From contig JANZZC010000133.1 in the NCBI GenBank assembly GCA_026419575.1, forward strand, positions 2,496-66,495: DNA of 64,000 nucleotides, written 5' to 3'. The notes beneath the pieces are model-generated. The model was not told where the DNA came from, did not search any database, and saw only the letters and a list, made by a program, of their open reading frames with translations. Below, one piece after another: positions 1-9,596 of this stretch. Origin of the DNA: Thermomicrobium sp. Lineage in GTDB: Bacteria; Chloroflexota; Chloroflexia; Thermomicrobiales; Thermomicrobiaceae. Both the position numbers and the translations under genes were made by a program. Every line of letters begins with the position of its first letter. The stretch's first letter is position 1.

Positions 1-2
1 CG

Positions 3-794
3 GATCGCATCTTCCCGGGGCAAACGCTCGTGATCCCGCGGCCGACGGCAGCGACCTGGTCGGATGCCGGCCCCAGGCGCTATGTCGTCCAGCCGGGGGA
101 CACGCTGTCGTCTCTGGCGCGTCGCTTCGGCATCTCGGTACAGGCGCTGGCCGACGCGAACGGGATCACCGATCAGGATCGGATCTTCGCCGGGCAGGTT
201 CTCACGATCCCGACCGACGCTGCGGTTGATGCCGTGCGCTTGGAAGGCGTACCGGCCATCCGGCAGTCGTTGCCGCTCAGCTGCGAGGCGGCGGCGCTGA
301 GCATGGTTACGGCCTACTGGGGACGCCCTGTCGGGGAGTGGGTCTTCATTGAGAACATACCGTACGACCGGAACCCGCACCGGGGATTCCGTGGCCGGAT
401 GACGGGCGTCTTCGGTGGCACGGACGACTACGGGGTCTATGCCGAACCGCTCGTCCCCTTGCTCGAACGGTTCGGTTTCCGGGCGGAAGCCGTGTACGCG
501 GAGGGCGACGCCGAGGTGCTGAAGCAGGAACTGCGGGCCGGTCGGCCGGTCGTCGTGTGGATGACCAACATGGCTTCGGTGCAGCCGCAGCTCGTCGAGG
601 AGGCGAACGGCGAACGGTTCGTTCTCGTGCCGCAGGAGCACGCGGTGGTCGTCTACGGGTACGATGCGGAGCGGGTCTACGTCGCCGATCCGGGCGACGG
701 CCAGTACCGTGCCTTCGCCTGGAGCGACTTCCTGCGCTCCTGGGGGTACTTCGACGGCATGATGCTGCGGATCCAACCGGCTCCCTGGGGCTAA
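3..794 (+). CDS. LysM-repeat protein with C39-like (YvpB-type) cysteine peptidase domain, 5' partial
   Basis: The frame is open from the window edge. Bases 3-38 encode DRIFPGQTLVIP, the end of one LysM. A second LysM follows (YVVQPGDTLSSLARRFGISVQALADANGI...GQVLTIP). Then comes a C39_2-like domain with candidate Cys (LPLSCEAAALSM) and His (EHAVVVYGYD). Confidence 0.8.
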   Translation, partial: DRIFPGQTLVIPRPTAATWSDAGPRRYVVQPGDTLSSLARRFGISVQALADANGITDQDRIFAGQVLTIPTDAAVDAVRLEGVPAIRQSLPLSCEAAALSMVTAYWGRPVGEWVFIENIPYDRNPHRGFRGRMTGVFGGTDDYGVYAEPLVPLLERFGFRAEAVYAEGDAEVLKQELRAGRPVVVWMTNMASVQPQLVEEANGERFVLVPQEHAVVVYGYDAERVYVADPGDGQYRAFAWSDFLRSWGYFDGMMLRIQPAPWG

Positions 795-1291
795 GGGACG
801 AGGCGGGCAGCGAGCAGGACGACGGCGAGCGTCAGGACGAGGTTAGCGACCGAGACGGCGATCGACCAGCGGCCGAGGCTGCTGGCGCGCTCGCCTCCGG
901 CGGTCGTCGCCGTGCGCGTCGACCGGGCGAGCCGAGGACCGATCAGGCGCCCGTGGGCGAGCGTGAGCGCGAGAACCAGTCCGACGAGGACCATTTTGGT
1001 CGCGAGCACGCGTCCGTACCCGTCGCGCCAGGCGAGGAGCGCGAACCAGTCCACTCCGCGGTGCACACCGAGCAGCCAGCCCGTCACGACCATGACGCCG
1101 AGGCTGAGCCAAGCGAGCGGCGAGTAGCGGTGGCCGAGAGCGGCCGTGAGTTCGACGCGGGTTACCCGATCGGGAATCGCTGCGCGGAGCACCGGGCGCA
1201 CGACGAGGAACAGGAACAGTTGCCCGCCCAACCAGAAGGCGAGCGCGATGAGATGGAACCAGCGGATCACTGCCCACAGCCAGTCGGCCAT
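791..1291 (-). CDS. CopD-like integral membrane protein (about 4 TM helices)
   Basis: Only the last 166 codons of the 644-aa track ORF look coding (MADWLWAVIRWFHLIALAFWLGGQLFLFLV..., four hydrophobic helices). The upstream part is antisense to pntAA and Arg/His-rich. The stop overlaps the convergent LysM gene stop. Confidence 0.6.
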   Translation of the reverse strand: MADWLWAVIRWFHLIALAFWLGGQLFLFLVVRPVLRAAIPDRVTRVELTAALGHRYSPLAWLSLGVMVVTGWLLGVHRGVDWFALLAWRDGYGRVLATKMVLVGLVLALTLAHGRLIGPRLARSTRTATTAGGERASSLGRWSIAVSVANLVLTLAVVLLAARLVP

Positions 1292-1603
1292 CGCTTCCCT
1301 CGCCCTTCCGTTCACCGAGTCCAGCACCGCCGTTCGGAGATCCTTCTCGGAGTTAGGTCGCTTGCCGACTCGCTGGACAATCGTATCCGTGGGGGCTAGT
1401 TCCAACAAGGCGAGCCCGGTGTCGCGGTTCCCGGCCGTTGCCTCCGCAGGTGATGCGATAGCTCGCTCGACTCGCGTTCCGCTGCCGCGAACAGTCGCTT
1501 GACCGTCCTGGAGGATGGAGACTAGAGTTAGCGCGGAAACGCCGTCGGGAGAATCGGAGATCGCGATCGGGCGAAGAGCAAGTCGACGGAAGGGGCGGCG
1601 ACG

Positions 1604-2764
1604 GTGCAGCAGGGTGCGAACGCTCCGCTTCGGACACTCGGGGTACCACGCGAACGTGCACCGCGCGAGCGGCGGGTGGCTGCGACGCCGGAGACCGTGC
1701 GTCAGTTCGGTCGTCTCGGATTCCAGGTTCTGGTGGAGCGCGAGGCGGGGCTGGCGGCGGGCTTCCCGGACGACGCGTACGAGGCAGCCGGTGCGGAACT
1801 GGTCGACGATGCGGCGGAGCTCTATCGCCGAGCGGACGTGATCGTGAAGGTGCAGCGGCCGCTTCCTGACGAGGTGGAATCGCTGCGGGAGGGCCAGATC
1901 CTCATCGGCTTCCTCCAGCCACTCGTGGCGCCGGAGCTCGTCGCGGCGCTCGCCGAGCGCGGGGTGATCGCGATCAGCATGGACACGATTCCCCGGATCA
2001 CCCGCGCGCAACCGATGGACGCGCTCTCCTCGATGAGCACCGTCGCTGGGTACAAAGCGGTCCTGCTCGCGGCCAACGAGTTGCCGAAGTTCTTCCCCCT
2101 CATGATGACAGCGGCTGGTACGATCCGTCCGGCCCGCGTGCTCGTGCTCGGCGCCGGCGTCGCCGGTCTTCAGGCGATCGCGACGGCGCGACGGCTGGGA
2201 GCGATCGTCGAGGCATTCGACACGCGCCCGGTCGTGAAGGAGCAGGTCGAGAGTCTCGGCGCGAAGTTCCTCGAACTCGGCGTGACGACCGAGGAAGTGG
2301 GCGGTTACGCCAAGGAACTCGCGGAGGAGCATCTCCGGCGCGAGCAGGAGCTCATCCATACCCATTGCCTGGAAGCCGACGTGGTCATCACGACGGCGCT
2401 GGTGCCGGGGCGCCGGGCACCGTTGCTGATCCGCGAGGAGACCGTGCGACAGATGCGACCACGCTCGGTGATCGTCGACTTGGCGGCGGAAATGGGCGGC
2501 AACTGCGAACTCACCGTACCGGGCGAAACGATCGTCCGCTACGGGGTGACGATTATGGGACCGCTCAACCTGCCGAGCGAGATGGCCTACACGGCGAGCC
2601 AGATGTACGCGCGCAACGTGGCAGCGCTCATCCAGCATCTGGCGCCGAAGGGCGAGTTCGTCTGGAACTTCGAGGACGAGATCACGCGCGGCGTGGTGCT
2701 CACCAAGGACAAGCGGATCCTGCACGAGCCGACGTTGGAGCGCCTCAAGGAGGAAGTGCGGTGA
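1604..2764 (+). CDS. pntAA: NAD(P) transhydrogenase subunit alpha part 1
   Basis: AlaDH/PNT-type sequence: LGVPRE..ERRVAATPE, Rossmann VLVLGAGVAGLQAIATARRLGA. GTG start with GGAAGGGG upstream. pntAB and pntB follow directly. Confidence 0.9.
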   Translation: MQQGANAPLRTLGVPRERAPRERRVAATPETVRQFGRLGFQVLVEREAGLAAGFPDDAYEAAGAELVDDAAELYRRADVIVKVQRPLPDEVESLREGQILIGFLQPLVAPELVAALAERGVIAISMDTIPRITRAQPMDALSSMSTVAGYKAVLLAANELPKFFPLMMTAAGTIRPARVLVLGAGVAGLQAIATARRLGAIVEAFDTRPVVKEQVESLGAKFLELGVTTEEVGGYAKELAEEHLRREQELIHTHCLEADVVITTALVPGRRAPLLIREETVRQMRPRSVIVDLAAEMGGNCELTVPGETIVRYGVTIMGPLNLPSEMAYTASQMYARNVAALIQHLAPKGEFVWNFEDEITRGVVLTKDKRILHEPTLERLKEEVR

Positions 2765-3114
2765 ATCAGGAACTGCTGCTCGGCTTGTACGTTCTCGTCT
2801 TGACGATCTTCCTCGGTTTCGAAGTGATCTCGCGGGTGCCGACTCTGCTCCATACGCCGCTGATGTCGGGAACCAACGCGATCCACGGGATCGTCTTGCT
2901 CGGCGGCATTCTGGTCGCCGGAACAGCCGACGACCCGTTGACCCTCGCGCTCGGCCTCCTCGGCTGCCTGTTCGGTGCCGGGAACCTCTTCGGCGGCATC
3001 GTGGTGACCGATCGCATGCTCGAGATGTTTAAGAAGAAGGAAGCGCCGGCAACCACGCCGGCGGAGCGAGCGCCAGCGGCGGCGCACGAAAAGGAAATGG
3101 TGGGACAGCGATGA
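2761..3114 (+). CDS. pntAB: NAD(P) transhydrogenase subunit alpha part 2 (small membrane subunit)
   Basis: GTG 2761 overlaps the pntAA stop (GTGA). 117 aa, hydrophobic, with the LMSGTNAIHGIVLLG motif. Lies between pntAA and pntB. Confidence 0.85.
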   Translation: MNQELLLGLYVLVLTIFLGFEVISRVPTLLHTPLMSGTNAIHGIVLLGGILVAGTADDPLTLALGLLGCLFGAGNLFGGIVVTDRMLEMFKKKEAPATTPAERAPAAAHEKEMVGQR

Positions 3115-4514
3115 TCGAGAACGTGCGCGAGGCGATCATCGATCTGACCTATCTGGCCTGTGCGGTCGTCATCATCCTCGGCCTCAAGCGACTCAGCACG
3201 CCGCGTACGGCTCGCTCGGGGAACCAGCTGGTCGCTGCTGGGTTGTTGGTGGCGGTCGCGGTCACTTTGCTCGACCCGCATATCCAGTGGCGGTTCGCCA
3301 ATGTCGCGGTCATCCTCGTCGGTACCGTCCTCGGGGCCGCTGGATCGATCTATCTGGCGCGGGTCGTCCCGATGACGGCGATGCCGCAGATGGTCGCGCT
3401 CTTCAACGGGATGGGTGGCGCGACGGCGGCGCTCGTCGCTGTCGCTGAGTTCCAGCGCTTCGTCGCCAGCGGGACGGTCACCAGCGGCGAGCGGGCGTCG
3501 GTCGCCTTCGGGACGACGGTGGGGTCGATCGCGTTCACAGGGAGCGTCATCGCGTTCCTGAAGCTGCAAGAGCTGATGACCGGTCGGCCGGTCCGCTTCC
3601 CGTTGCAGATCCCGCTCAACGTCGCGGTCGCCGCCGGTATCGTGGCGATGTGGATCTGGCTGCTCGGCATGGGCGGCGGTTCGGCATCCGTGTGGATCAT
3701 GTTCGGACTGGCGCTCCTCTTCGGCGTGCTGCTCGTCCTACCGGTCGGCGGCGCGGACATGCCCGTCGTCATCTCGGTCTTGAACTCGATGACCGGCTTG
3801 GCCGCCGCTGCTGCGGGCTTCGTGCTGGAGAACCAGATCCTAGTGGTCGCCGGTGCCCTGGTCGGTGCCTCCGGCTCCTTGCTGACGATCCTGATGAGCC
3901 GGGCGATGAACCGGTCGCTCGCCAACGTCCTGTTCGGCGCGTACCGCGTGCGCGCCCGCGGCGCAGCGGTCGCCGAGGCGAAGCCGATCCGCGAGACGGC
4001 GGTGGACGACGCCGCGGTGGTCCTGGCGTACGCCAATCTCGTCATCATCGTCCCCGGATACGGGCTCGCGGTCGCGCAGGCGCAGCACGAACTGGCGGAA
4101 CTCGCCAACGAGTTGGAGAAGCGCGGCGTCGAGGTGAAGTTCGCGATTCACCCGGTCGCCGGACGCATGCCCGGTCATATGAACGTCTTGCTGGCCGAAG
4201 CGAACATCCCGTACGACAAGTTGTACGAGATGGAGCAGATCAACGACGAATTCCAGCGAGCCGACGTCGCGCTCGTCGTCGGCGCGAACGACGTGGTGAA
4301 TCCGGCTGCCCGGACCGATCCATCGAGTCCGCTCTACGGCATGCCGATCCTCAACGTGGATCAGGCCAAGAACGTGATCGTGCTGAAGCGCAGCATGCGG
4401 CCGGGGTTCGCTGGCGTCGAGAACGAACTCTTTCACATGCCCCAGACGCGCATGCTCTTCGGCGACGCGAAGGAGACGCTCAAGCGACTGGTCGAGGCGA
4501 TCAAGTCGGTGTGA
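3111..4514 (+). CDS. pntB: NAD(P) transhydrogenase subunit beta
   Basis: 467 aa with a multi-TM N-terminus and a C-terminal NADP(H) domain (VPGYGLAVAQAQH, AIHPVAGRMPGHMNVLLAEA, VVGANDVVNPAA). ATGA overlap with pntAB. Confidence 0.95.
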   Translation: MIENVREAIIDLTYLACAVVIILGLKRLSTPRTARSGNQLVAAGLLVAVAVTLLDPHIQWRFANVAVILVGTVLGAAGSIYLARVVPMTAMPQMVALFNGMGGATAALVAVAEFQRFVASGTVTSGERASVAFGTTVGSIAFTGSVIAFLKLQELMTGRPVRFPLQIPLNVAVAAGIVAMWIWLLGMGGGSASVWIMFGLALLFGVLLVLPVGGADMPVVISVLNSMTGLAAAAAGFVLENQILVVAGALVGASGSLLTILMSRAMNRSLANVLFGAYRVRARGAAVAEAKPIRETAVDDAAVVLAYANLVIIVPGYGLAVAQAQHELAELANELEKRGVEVKFAIHPVAGRMPGHMNVLLAEANIPYDKLYEMEQINDEFQRADVALVVGANDVVNPAARTDPSSPLYGMPILNVDQAKNVIVLKRSMRPGFAGVENELFHMPQTRMLFGDAKETLKRLVEAIKSV

Positions 4515-4670
4515 CGCGTCCGCGCCGACGGTACGACTGGGCGCCGGCGAGTCGTCCGCGTGGCTCGGTGCAGCGCGTGCCGTGCTTGCGTTCCGGTGGG
4601 CGTTCGGTCGGAACGCGCCGGGTACGCTGGACGCTCGCGCCGTGTGCCTCGGGAAGGGAAACGCAGGGAC

Positions 4671-5042
4671 ATGGAGAAGCCGACACATCTCGAGGAATTC
4701 CGTGCGTATCGTGCCCGGATGAACGCCCGGATAAGCGAACTCGGACATCGCGAGATCAACCGTTTCTTCGCGTTGGACAGCGCGACCTATCGGGACGGCG
4801 CGCTCGATGCCCGCACGAAGGAATTGCTCGGGCTCGTCGCCTCGTTGGTCCTGCGCTGTAACGACTGCGTCGATTATCACCTCGACCGTTGCGTCGAACT
4901 CGGTTGGTCGGACGCCGAGCTCTACGACGCGATGTCGGTCGCGCTGGTCGTCGGCGGGAGCATCGTGATCCCGCATCTCCGGCACGCGGTGGAGACGCTC
5001 GATCTCCTCCGAGCCGAACGACAAGACGGCCCTGCCGACTGA
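4671..5042 (+). CDS. carboxymuconolactone decarboxylase / AhpD-like family protein
   Basis: 123 aa with the CxxC-type motif LVLRCNDCVDYH typical of the CMD/AhpD fold. ATG 4671 follows an Arg-rich, non-coding-looking lead of the track ORF. Confidence 0.8.
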   Translation: MEKPTHLEEFRAYRARMNARISELGHREINRFFALDSATYRDGALDARTKELLGLVASLVLRCNDCVDYHLDRCVELGWSDAELYDAMSVALVVGGSIVIPHLRHAVETLDLLRAERQDGPAD

Positions 5043-5128
5043 ACCGTGTCGGCGACCGCGGTCGACGTCGCGCTGCCCGGCTATGCTTAGGCGGTCGGCT
5101 TGCTCGCTGTGCCCGACGGAGGCGAGTC

Positions 5129-6427
5129 GTGGACGCGAAACGCGACGGTGCGGGGAATCGGAGCGCAGCCTCCTCGCAGGGACCATGGATCCTCGTCGCA
5201 CTGGCGCTCTTCCTGGCTGGCATCCTGGTCGGCCGGACGACTGAACAACCGCTCCAGTCATCGACGACCGCGGCCGAGTTGCCGACCGCAGTCGCCGTCT
5301 TCGGCGAGGCATGGAGTCTCCTGCACGAACACTATGTCGACCCGAGCGCACTGGACGACCGGCGGCTTCTGGCCGGCGCTCTGCGCGGTCTGGCCGATGC
5401 GGTCGGTGACAACGGGCACACGCGCTACCTCACGGCCGAGGAACTCGCGCAACATACCGAGCAGCTCTCCGGCGAGTACTCCGGTATCGGGGTGGAGATC
5501 GGCGAACGGGACGGCGCGATCGTCGTGCGCGACGTTTTCCAGGACTCGCCGGCGGAGCGAGCGGGTATCCGCGTCGGAGATATCCTCCTCGCCGTGGACG
5601 GCGTTCCGGTGGACGAACTCGGGCTCGATGGCGTCGTCCAGCATGTCCGCGGTCCCGAGGGAACCGCGGTGACGTTGCGGCTGAGCCGGCCGGGCACGGT
5701 GGAGCCGTTCGAGGTCACCGTCGTGCGCGCGAAGGTACGCGCCAGCACGGTGCGCTGGGCCCTCCTCCCGAACGATGTCGGGTACGTGCGCCTCGGTTCG
5801 TTCTCGAGCGGCGCGAGCACGGATCTGCGCCAGGCCCTGGAAACCTTGCGAGCGCGAGGGGCGCGGGGACTGGTCCTGGATCTGCGCGGCAACCCGGGGG
5901 GTCTCGTCGACGAGGCGGTCGATGTCGCCGGACTGTTCCTGCCGCCGAAGACGCTCGTCTTCTCTTCCCGGGATCGTAACGGAAACGTGACGGAATATCG
6001 GACGGAAGGCAGCGAGGCCGTGTTCACCGCGCCGATGGCCGTGCTCGTCGATGGCGGCACGGCCTCGGCGGCGGAGATCGTCGCGGGTGCGCTGCAGGAC
6101 TATCGCCGTGCCGTGATCGTCGGAGAACGAACGTTCGGTGCGGGAACAGTCCTCATCGAGTTCCGGCTGCAGGACGGGTCCGCGTTGCTCATCGGAACCC
6201 AGGTCTGGATCACCCCGAACGGGCGAGTGATCTGGCGCAACGGTATCGACCCGGACGTGACCGTTTCGCTCGGCGAGGAGCGAGCACCGTTGGTTCCGGC
6301 GAACGGCGAGGAAGTGACGATGGACGATTTGGCGACCGATCCGCAGCTCGAGCGAGCCTGGCGCGAGCTGAGCGATGCGGATCCGGTCGCGCATCTGGCC
6401 GCGGCGGGGTGCGGCCGATGCCCATGA
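5129..6427 (+). CDS. S41 family C-terminal processing peptidase with PDZ domain
   Basis: TM anchor WILVALALFLAGILVG, PDZ (GIGVEIGERDGAIVVRDVFQDSPAERAGIRVGDILLAVDG) and S41 core (LDLRGNPGGL, VLVDGGTASAAEIVAGAL). Start GTG 5129 was chosen by eye. The track start at 4889 overlaps the previous gene and is Arg-rich. Confidence 0.85.
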   Translation: MDAKRDGAGNRSAASSQGPWILVALALFLAGILVGRTTEQPLQSSTTAAELPTAVAVFGEAWSLLHEHYVDPSALDDRRLLAGALRGLADAVGDNGHTRYLTAEELAQHTEQLSGEYSGIGVEIGERDGAIVVRDVFQDSPAERAGIRVGDILLAVDGVPVDELGLDGVVQHVRGPEGTAVTLRLSRPGTVEPFEVTVVRAKVRASTVRWALLPNDVGYVRLGSFSSGASTDLRQALETLRARGARGLVLDLRGNPGGLVDEAVDVAGLFLPPKTLVFSSRDRNGNVTEYRTEGSEAVFTAPMAVLVDGGTASAAEIVAGALQDYRRAVIVGERTFGAGTVLIEFRLQDGSALLIGTQVWITPNGRVIWRNGIDPDVTVSLGEERAPLVPANGEEVTMDDLATDPQLERAWRELSDADPVAHLAAAGCGRCP

Positions 6428-6825
6428 ATGCGAGCCTGCGCGACGCCTGTAGCGAAGCGCCTCAGCCGCCTCTCCGGCAGGCCTGGAGCTTGTACACGGC
6501 AGGTGACTATTTCGCCTGCCACGAGGTGCTGGAGGAACTCTGGCGGGCGACCGAAGGGCCGCTCCGCGAGCTCTATCGCGGACTGATCCAAGTCGTGGTC
6601 GGACTCTACCATGCGCGACGTGGCAACGTCGTCGGTGGCCGGCAGGTGCTGGCGCGGGGGCTCGTCCGGCTCGAAGCGTACCCTGCGTGCTGCCTCGGGA
6701 TCGATCTCGCGCTCCTCCGTGCCGGTGCGCGACGCTATCTCGATTGGCTCGTCGCCGGGGCGTCCGACCCCGAGCCGGAGCGGCCGGTGTGGCGGTGGAC
6801 CTCGGAATGGCCAGGTGAGACCTGA
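6409..6825 (+). CDS. DUF309 domain protein
   Basis: The pattern YFACHEVLEELWR....LYRGLIQVVVGLYHARRGN is characteristic of DUF309. Confidence 0.7.
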   Translation: MRPMPMNASLRDACSEAPQPPLRQAWSLYTAGDYFACHEVLEELWRATEGPLRELYRGLIQVVVGLYHARRGNVVGGRQVLARGLVRLEAYPACCLGIDLALLRAGARRYLDWLVAGASDPEPERPVWRWTSEWPGET

Positions 6826-6858
6826 CGGTCAGGGAGTTCGGCGAAAGGAGCGGAGACG

Positions 6859-7596
6859 GTGCACGTACCGGAAAGGCCGCAGCGCGTCCTGGTGGTCATG
6901 GCGCATCCGGACGACGCGGAGTTCATCTGTGCGGGGACGGTCGCCCGCTGGGCGAGCGAAGGGAGCGAGATCGTCTACGTGCTCGTCACGAGCGGGGACA
7001 AGGGGAGCAACGATCCGACGATGACTCCCGAGCGGCTCGCGGAGCTCCGGGAGGCGGAGCAGCTGGAGGCCGCACGCATTCTCGGTGTCGCACACGTGGA
7101 GTTCCTGCGCTATCGGGATGCCGAGGTGGTGGCCGACCTCCGGTTGCGCCGAGAACTGGTGCGCGCGATCCGGTGCTTCAAACCGGACGCCGTGATTTGC
7201 CAGGATCCGACGAGCCGGTACTTCGGCCAGGAGTACATCCAGCATCCCGACCACATCGCCGTCGGCGAAGCGACGCTGGCTGCGGTCTTCCCCAGCGCGC
7301 GCGACCGGCTCACGTTTCCGGAGTTGGTGGAAGAGGGCCTGGAGCCGCACGTCGTCCGCTACGTCTATCTGACCGGCTCGCGCGAGCCGGACGTCTTCGT
7401 CGACATCACCGAGGTCTTCGAGCGGAAGATCGCGGCGTTGCGCGCGCACCGGAGCCAGCTGGGCGACTGGGATCCCGAGCCCGTCCTGCGTCTCTGGGCG
7501 CAGGACACCGCGGCCGAGGCGCGTCGGAAAGGCTGGCCTGGCGGGGAGCGCATGCTGCTTGCCGAGTCGTTCAAGTTCTTCGACCTCGGCGACTAG
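6859..7596 (+). CDS. PIG-L / LmbE family deacetylase
   Basis: N-terminal RVLVVMAHPDDAEF and VTSGDKG motifs of the PIG-L family. GTG start preceded by AAAGGAGCGGAG. Confidence 0.85.
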   Translation: MHVPERPQRVLVVMAHPDDAEFICAGTVARWASEGSEIVYVLVTSGDKGSNDPTMTPERLAELREAEQLEAARILGVAHVEFLRYRDAEVVADLRLRRELVRAIRCFKPDAVICQDPTSRYFGQEYIQHPDHIAVGEATLAAVFPSARDRLTFPELVEEGLEPHVVRYVYLTGSREPDVFVDITEVFERKIAALRAHRSQLGDWDPEPVLRLWAQDTAAEARRKGWPGGERMLLAESFKFFDLGD

Positions 7597-7779
7597 ACCT
7601 CGCGTTCGCCGAGGACGGCGAGCGGTCGGCAGGCCGGGGCAGCGGCGCGCTGCCGCCGAACTCGGTGGAAGACCGCTCAGGTTCCGGCGGTTGGAGGTGG
7701 CGCGTGCCGCGCTACAGATGCCGAGGTTGCTATACTGCATCCCCGGCGTGTCGCGGTTCGTGAGGAAGCGAACGCTCGG

Positions 7780-8766
7780 GTGCGACGGATCGTCATCGGG
7801 ATCGCGATCAGCCTGCTGTTCCTCGGCCTCGCCCTGCGTGGACAGGACTTCCATGCCTTAGCTGCCGCGCTGCGTGGCGCGAACTACTGGTGGCTGCTTC
7901 CCGCCGTCGCGGTCTACTTCCTCGGAGCCGGGTTGCGTGCGGGCCGCTGGGCGACACTGCTCGCCCCGGTCCGTCGTGTCTCCTGGCGCGAGCTCTGGCC
8001 GATCGTGGCGGTCGGCTACATGGCGAACAACGTGCTCCCGTTCCGGACGGGCGAAGTGGTGCGGGCCTACGCTGTCGGGCGGCAATTCGGCGTCAGCAAG
8101 ACGGCGACGCTGGCGACGATCGTCCTCGAGCGCCTGCTCGATGGGTTGACGATGCTCGGGTTCATGGTCGTGGCGGCGACCGTGGTGGCGTTCGACTCGG
8201 CACTGCGGCATGTCGCGGTCGTGGCGACCGCGGTCTTCCTCCCCGGCTTCGGTCTGCTCGTCGTGGCAGCGCGTTCCGAGCGAGGCTTGTCGCTCGTGCT
8301 GCGAGCGACGCGGATCTTGCCGAGTGCGGTCCGCGGGCGGGTGGAGCGGATGATTCGCTCCGGTTTCAGCGGGGTCGCGGCGCTGCGCAGCGGGGCGACG
8401 TTGTCGCGGGCGGTGCTCCTCTCCCTGGCTGCCTGGTCGGCCGAGGCGGCGATGTACGCCCTGGTGGCGCGAGCGTTCGACGTCGATCTCTCGGTGCCGA
8501 TCGTTCTGCTGACGACAGCGGTCGCCAATCTCGCGACGCTGATCCCCTCGTCCCCCGGGTACATCGGTCCCTTCGAAGCCGGTGTGCTCCTCGTCCTTGC
8601 AGGCGTCGCCGGTGTGTCGCGCGCGGTGGCGCTCTCCTACGCGATCGTGCTGCACACCGCCCTGTACGTGCCCATCACGCTCGTTGGGCTGATCTACTGG
8701 TCGAAGCTCCAGCTCGACTGGGCGGTCCTGCGGCGTACGCGGACCGAGGAGGTCGTCACGTCGTGA
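7780..8766 (+). CDS. flippase-like / lysylphosphatidylglycerol-synthase TM-region family membrane protein (UPF0104)
   Basis: 328 aa, polytopic. N-terminus IVIGIAISLLFLGLAL...W..LLPAVAVYFLG..LRA.RW is typical of the TIGR00374-like family. Confidence 0.8.
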   Translation: MRRIVIGIAISLLFLGLALRGQDFHALAAALRGANYWWLLPAVAVYFLGAGLRAGRWATLLAPVRRVSWRELWPIVAVGYMANNVLPFRTGEVVRAYAVGRQFGVSKTATLATIVLERLLDGLTMLGFMVVAATVVAFDSALRHVAVVATAVFLPGFGLLVVAARSERGLSLVLRATRILPSAVRGRVERMIRSGFSGVAALRSGATLSRAVLLSLAAWSAEAAMYALVARAFDVDLSVPIVLLTTAVANLATLIPSSPGYIGPFEAGVLLVLAGVAGVSRAVALSYAIVLHTALYVPITLVGLIYWSKLQLDWAVLRRTRTEEVVTS

Positions 8767-9596
8767 GCCTCTGGCAAGCGATCGTACTCGGGGTGCTGCA
8801 GGGGGCGACGGAGTTCTTGCCGATCAGTAGCTCAGCGCATCTCATCGCGGTTCCCTGGCTGTTCGGCTGGCCGGAGCCGGGTCTCGCCTTCAACGTCGCG
8901 CTCCATCTCGGGACGCTCGCCGCGGTGTTCGTCTATTTCTGGCGCGACATCGCGCGGATCGCGCTCGTCTGGCTCCGTGGGGTCTTTCGCGCGCACGATC
9001 GGAGAACGCCCGAGTGGCGTCTCGGCTGGGCTATCCTCGTCGGCTCGGTTCCGGCTGGCGTCGTCGGCGTGCTGGCGAACGATGCGATCGATAGGGTCTT
9101 CCATGCGGGAGGCGGCGGGAGGTTCGCGATCGTGCTGGTCGCGATGCTGCTGATCGCGCTCGGTGTCCTGCTCTGGGTCGGGGAACGGGTCGGGACGCAG
9201 CGTCGGGGTATCGAGGAGATCGATCTCGTGGACGGTCTGGCGATCGGCGTGGCGCAGGCGTTCGCGCTGCTCCCCGGTGTCTCCCGCTCGGGGAGCACCA
9301 TCACCGCAGGGTTGTTCCGCGGGCTGGATCGAGCCAGTGCCGCGCGCTTCTCGTTCCTGCTCGGGATACCGGCCATCGTCGGCGCGGGTGCGCTGGAAGT
9401 CGTGGAACTCGGCCGGCACGGACTCCCGCCGGAGGAGCGGGCGGTCTTCCTCGTCGGGGTAGCGAGCGCCGCCGTGACCGGATTTCTCGCGATCGCTTTC
9501 CTGCTGCGGTTCCTCCAGCGCCGCAGCACGCTCGTTTTCGTCGTCTATCGCCTGGCCTTCGGTCTCCTCCTGCTCGGGATGGTCCTGGCGCGCTAG
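8763..9596 (+). CDS. uppP: undecaprenyl-diphosphate phosphatase
   Basis: GTG overlaps the upstream stop (GTGA). Motifs VLQGATEFLPISSSAHL and PGVSRSGSTITAGL are BacA/UppP signatures. Confidence 0.92.
   Translation: MSLWQAIVLGVLQGATEFLPISSSAHLIAVPWLFGWPEPGLAFNVALHLGTLAAVFVYFWRDIARIALVWLRGVFRAHDRRTPEWRLGWAILVGSVPAGVVGVLANDAIDRVFHAGGGGRFAIVLVAMLLIALGVLLWVGERVGTQRRGIEEIDLVDGLAIGVAQAFALLPGVSRSGSTITAGLFRGLDRASAARFSFLLGIPAIVGAGALEVVELGRHGLPPEERAVFLVGVASAAVTGFLAIAFLLRFLQRRSTLVFVVYRLAFGLLLLGMVLAR

Noticed and set aside
1292-1603. The 310-nt gap upstream of pntAA, which includes ACUAGAGUUAGCGCGGAAACGCCGUCGGGAGAA, considered as a possible ykkC/guanidine-type riboswitch.
   Set aside because: It lacks the ACUAGGGUUCCG and GGGA...ACGR cores, and no convincing conserved multi-stem fold could be drawn. 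It is probably an ordinary promoter or leader.
791-2725. The very long track ORFs are mostly antisense to recognised genes. Examples: 791-2725(-), 3840-5351(-), 8832-11081(-), 11462-14383(+), 23168-25744(-), 41021-43333(+), 56830-59310(+), 59741-62437(+), 60360-62210(-).
   Set aside because: They are shadow ORFs typical of high-GC DNA, with Arg/Pro/Gly/His-rich low-complexity translations. Each overlaps a gene with clear family motifs on the other strand or in another frame. Only the 3' 501 nt of 791-2725 was kept, as the CopD-like gene.
4889-5128. The N-terminal 80 codons of the S41 protease track ORF.
   Set aside because: They overlap the AhpD-like gene in another frame and translate to Arg-rich sequence. 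The membrane anchor and conserved domains begin after about 5129.
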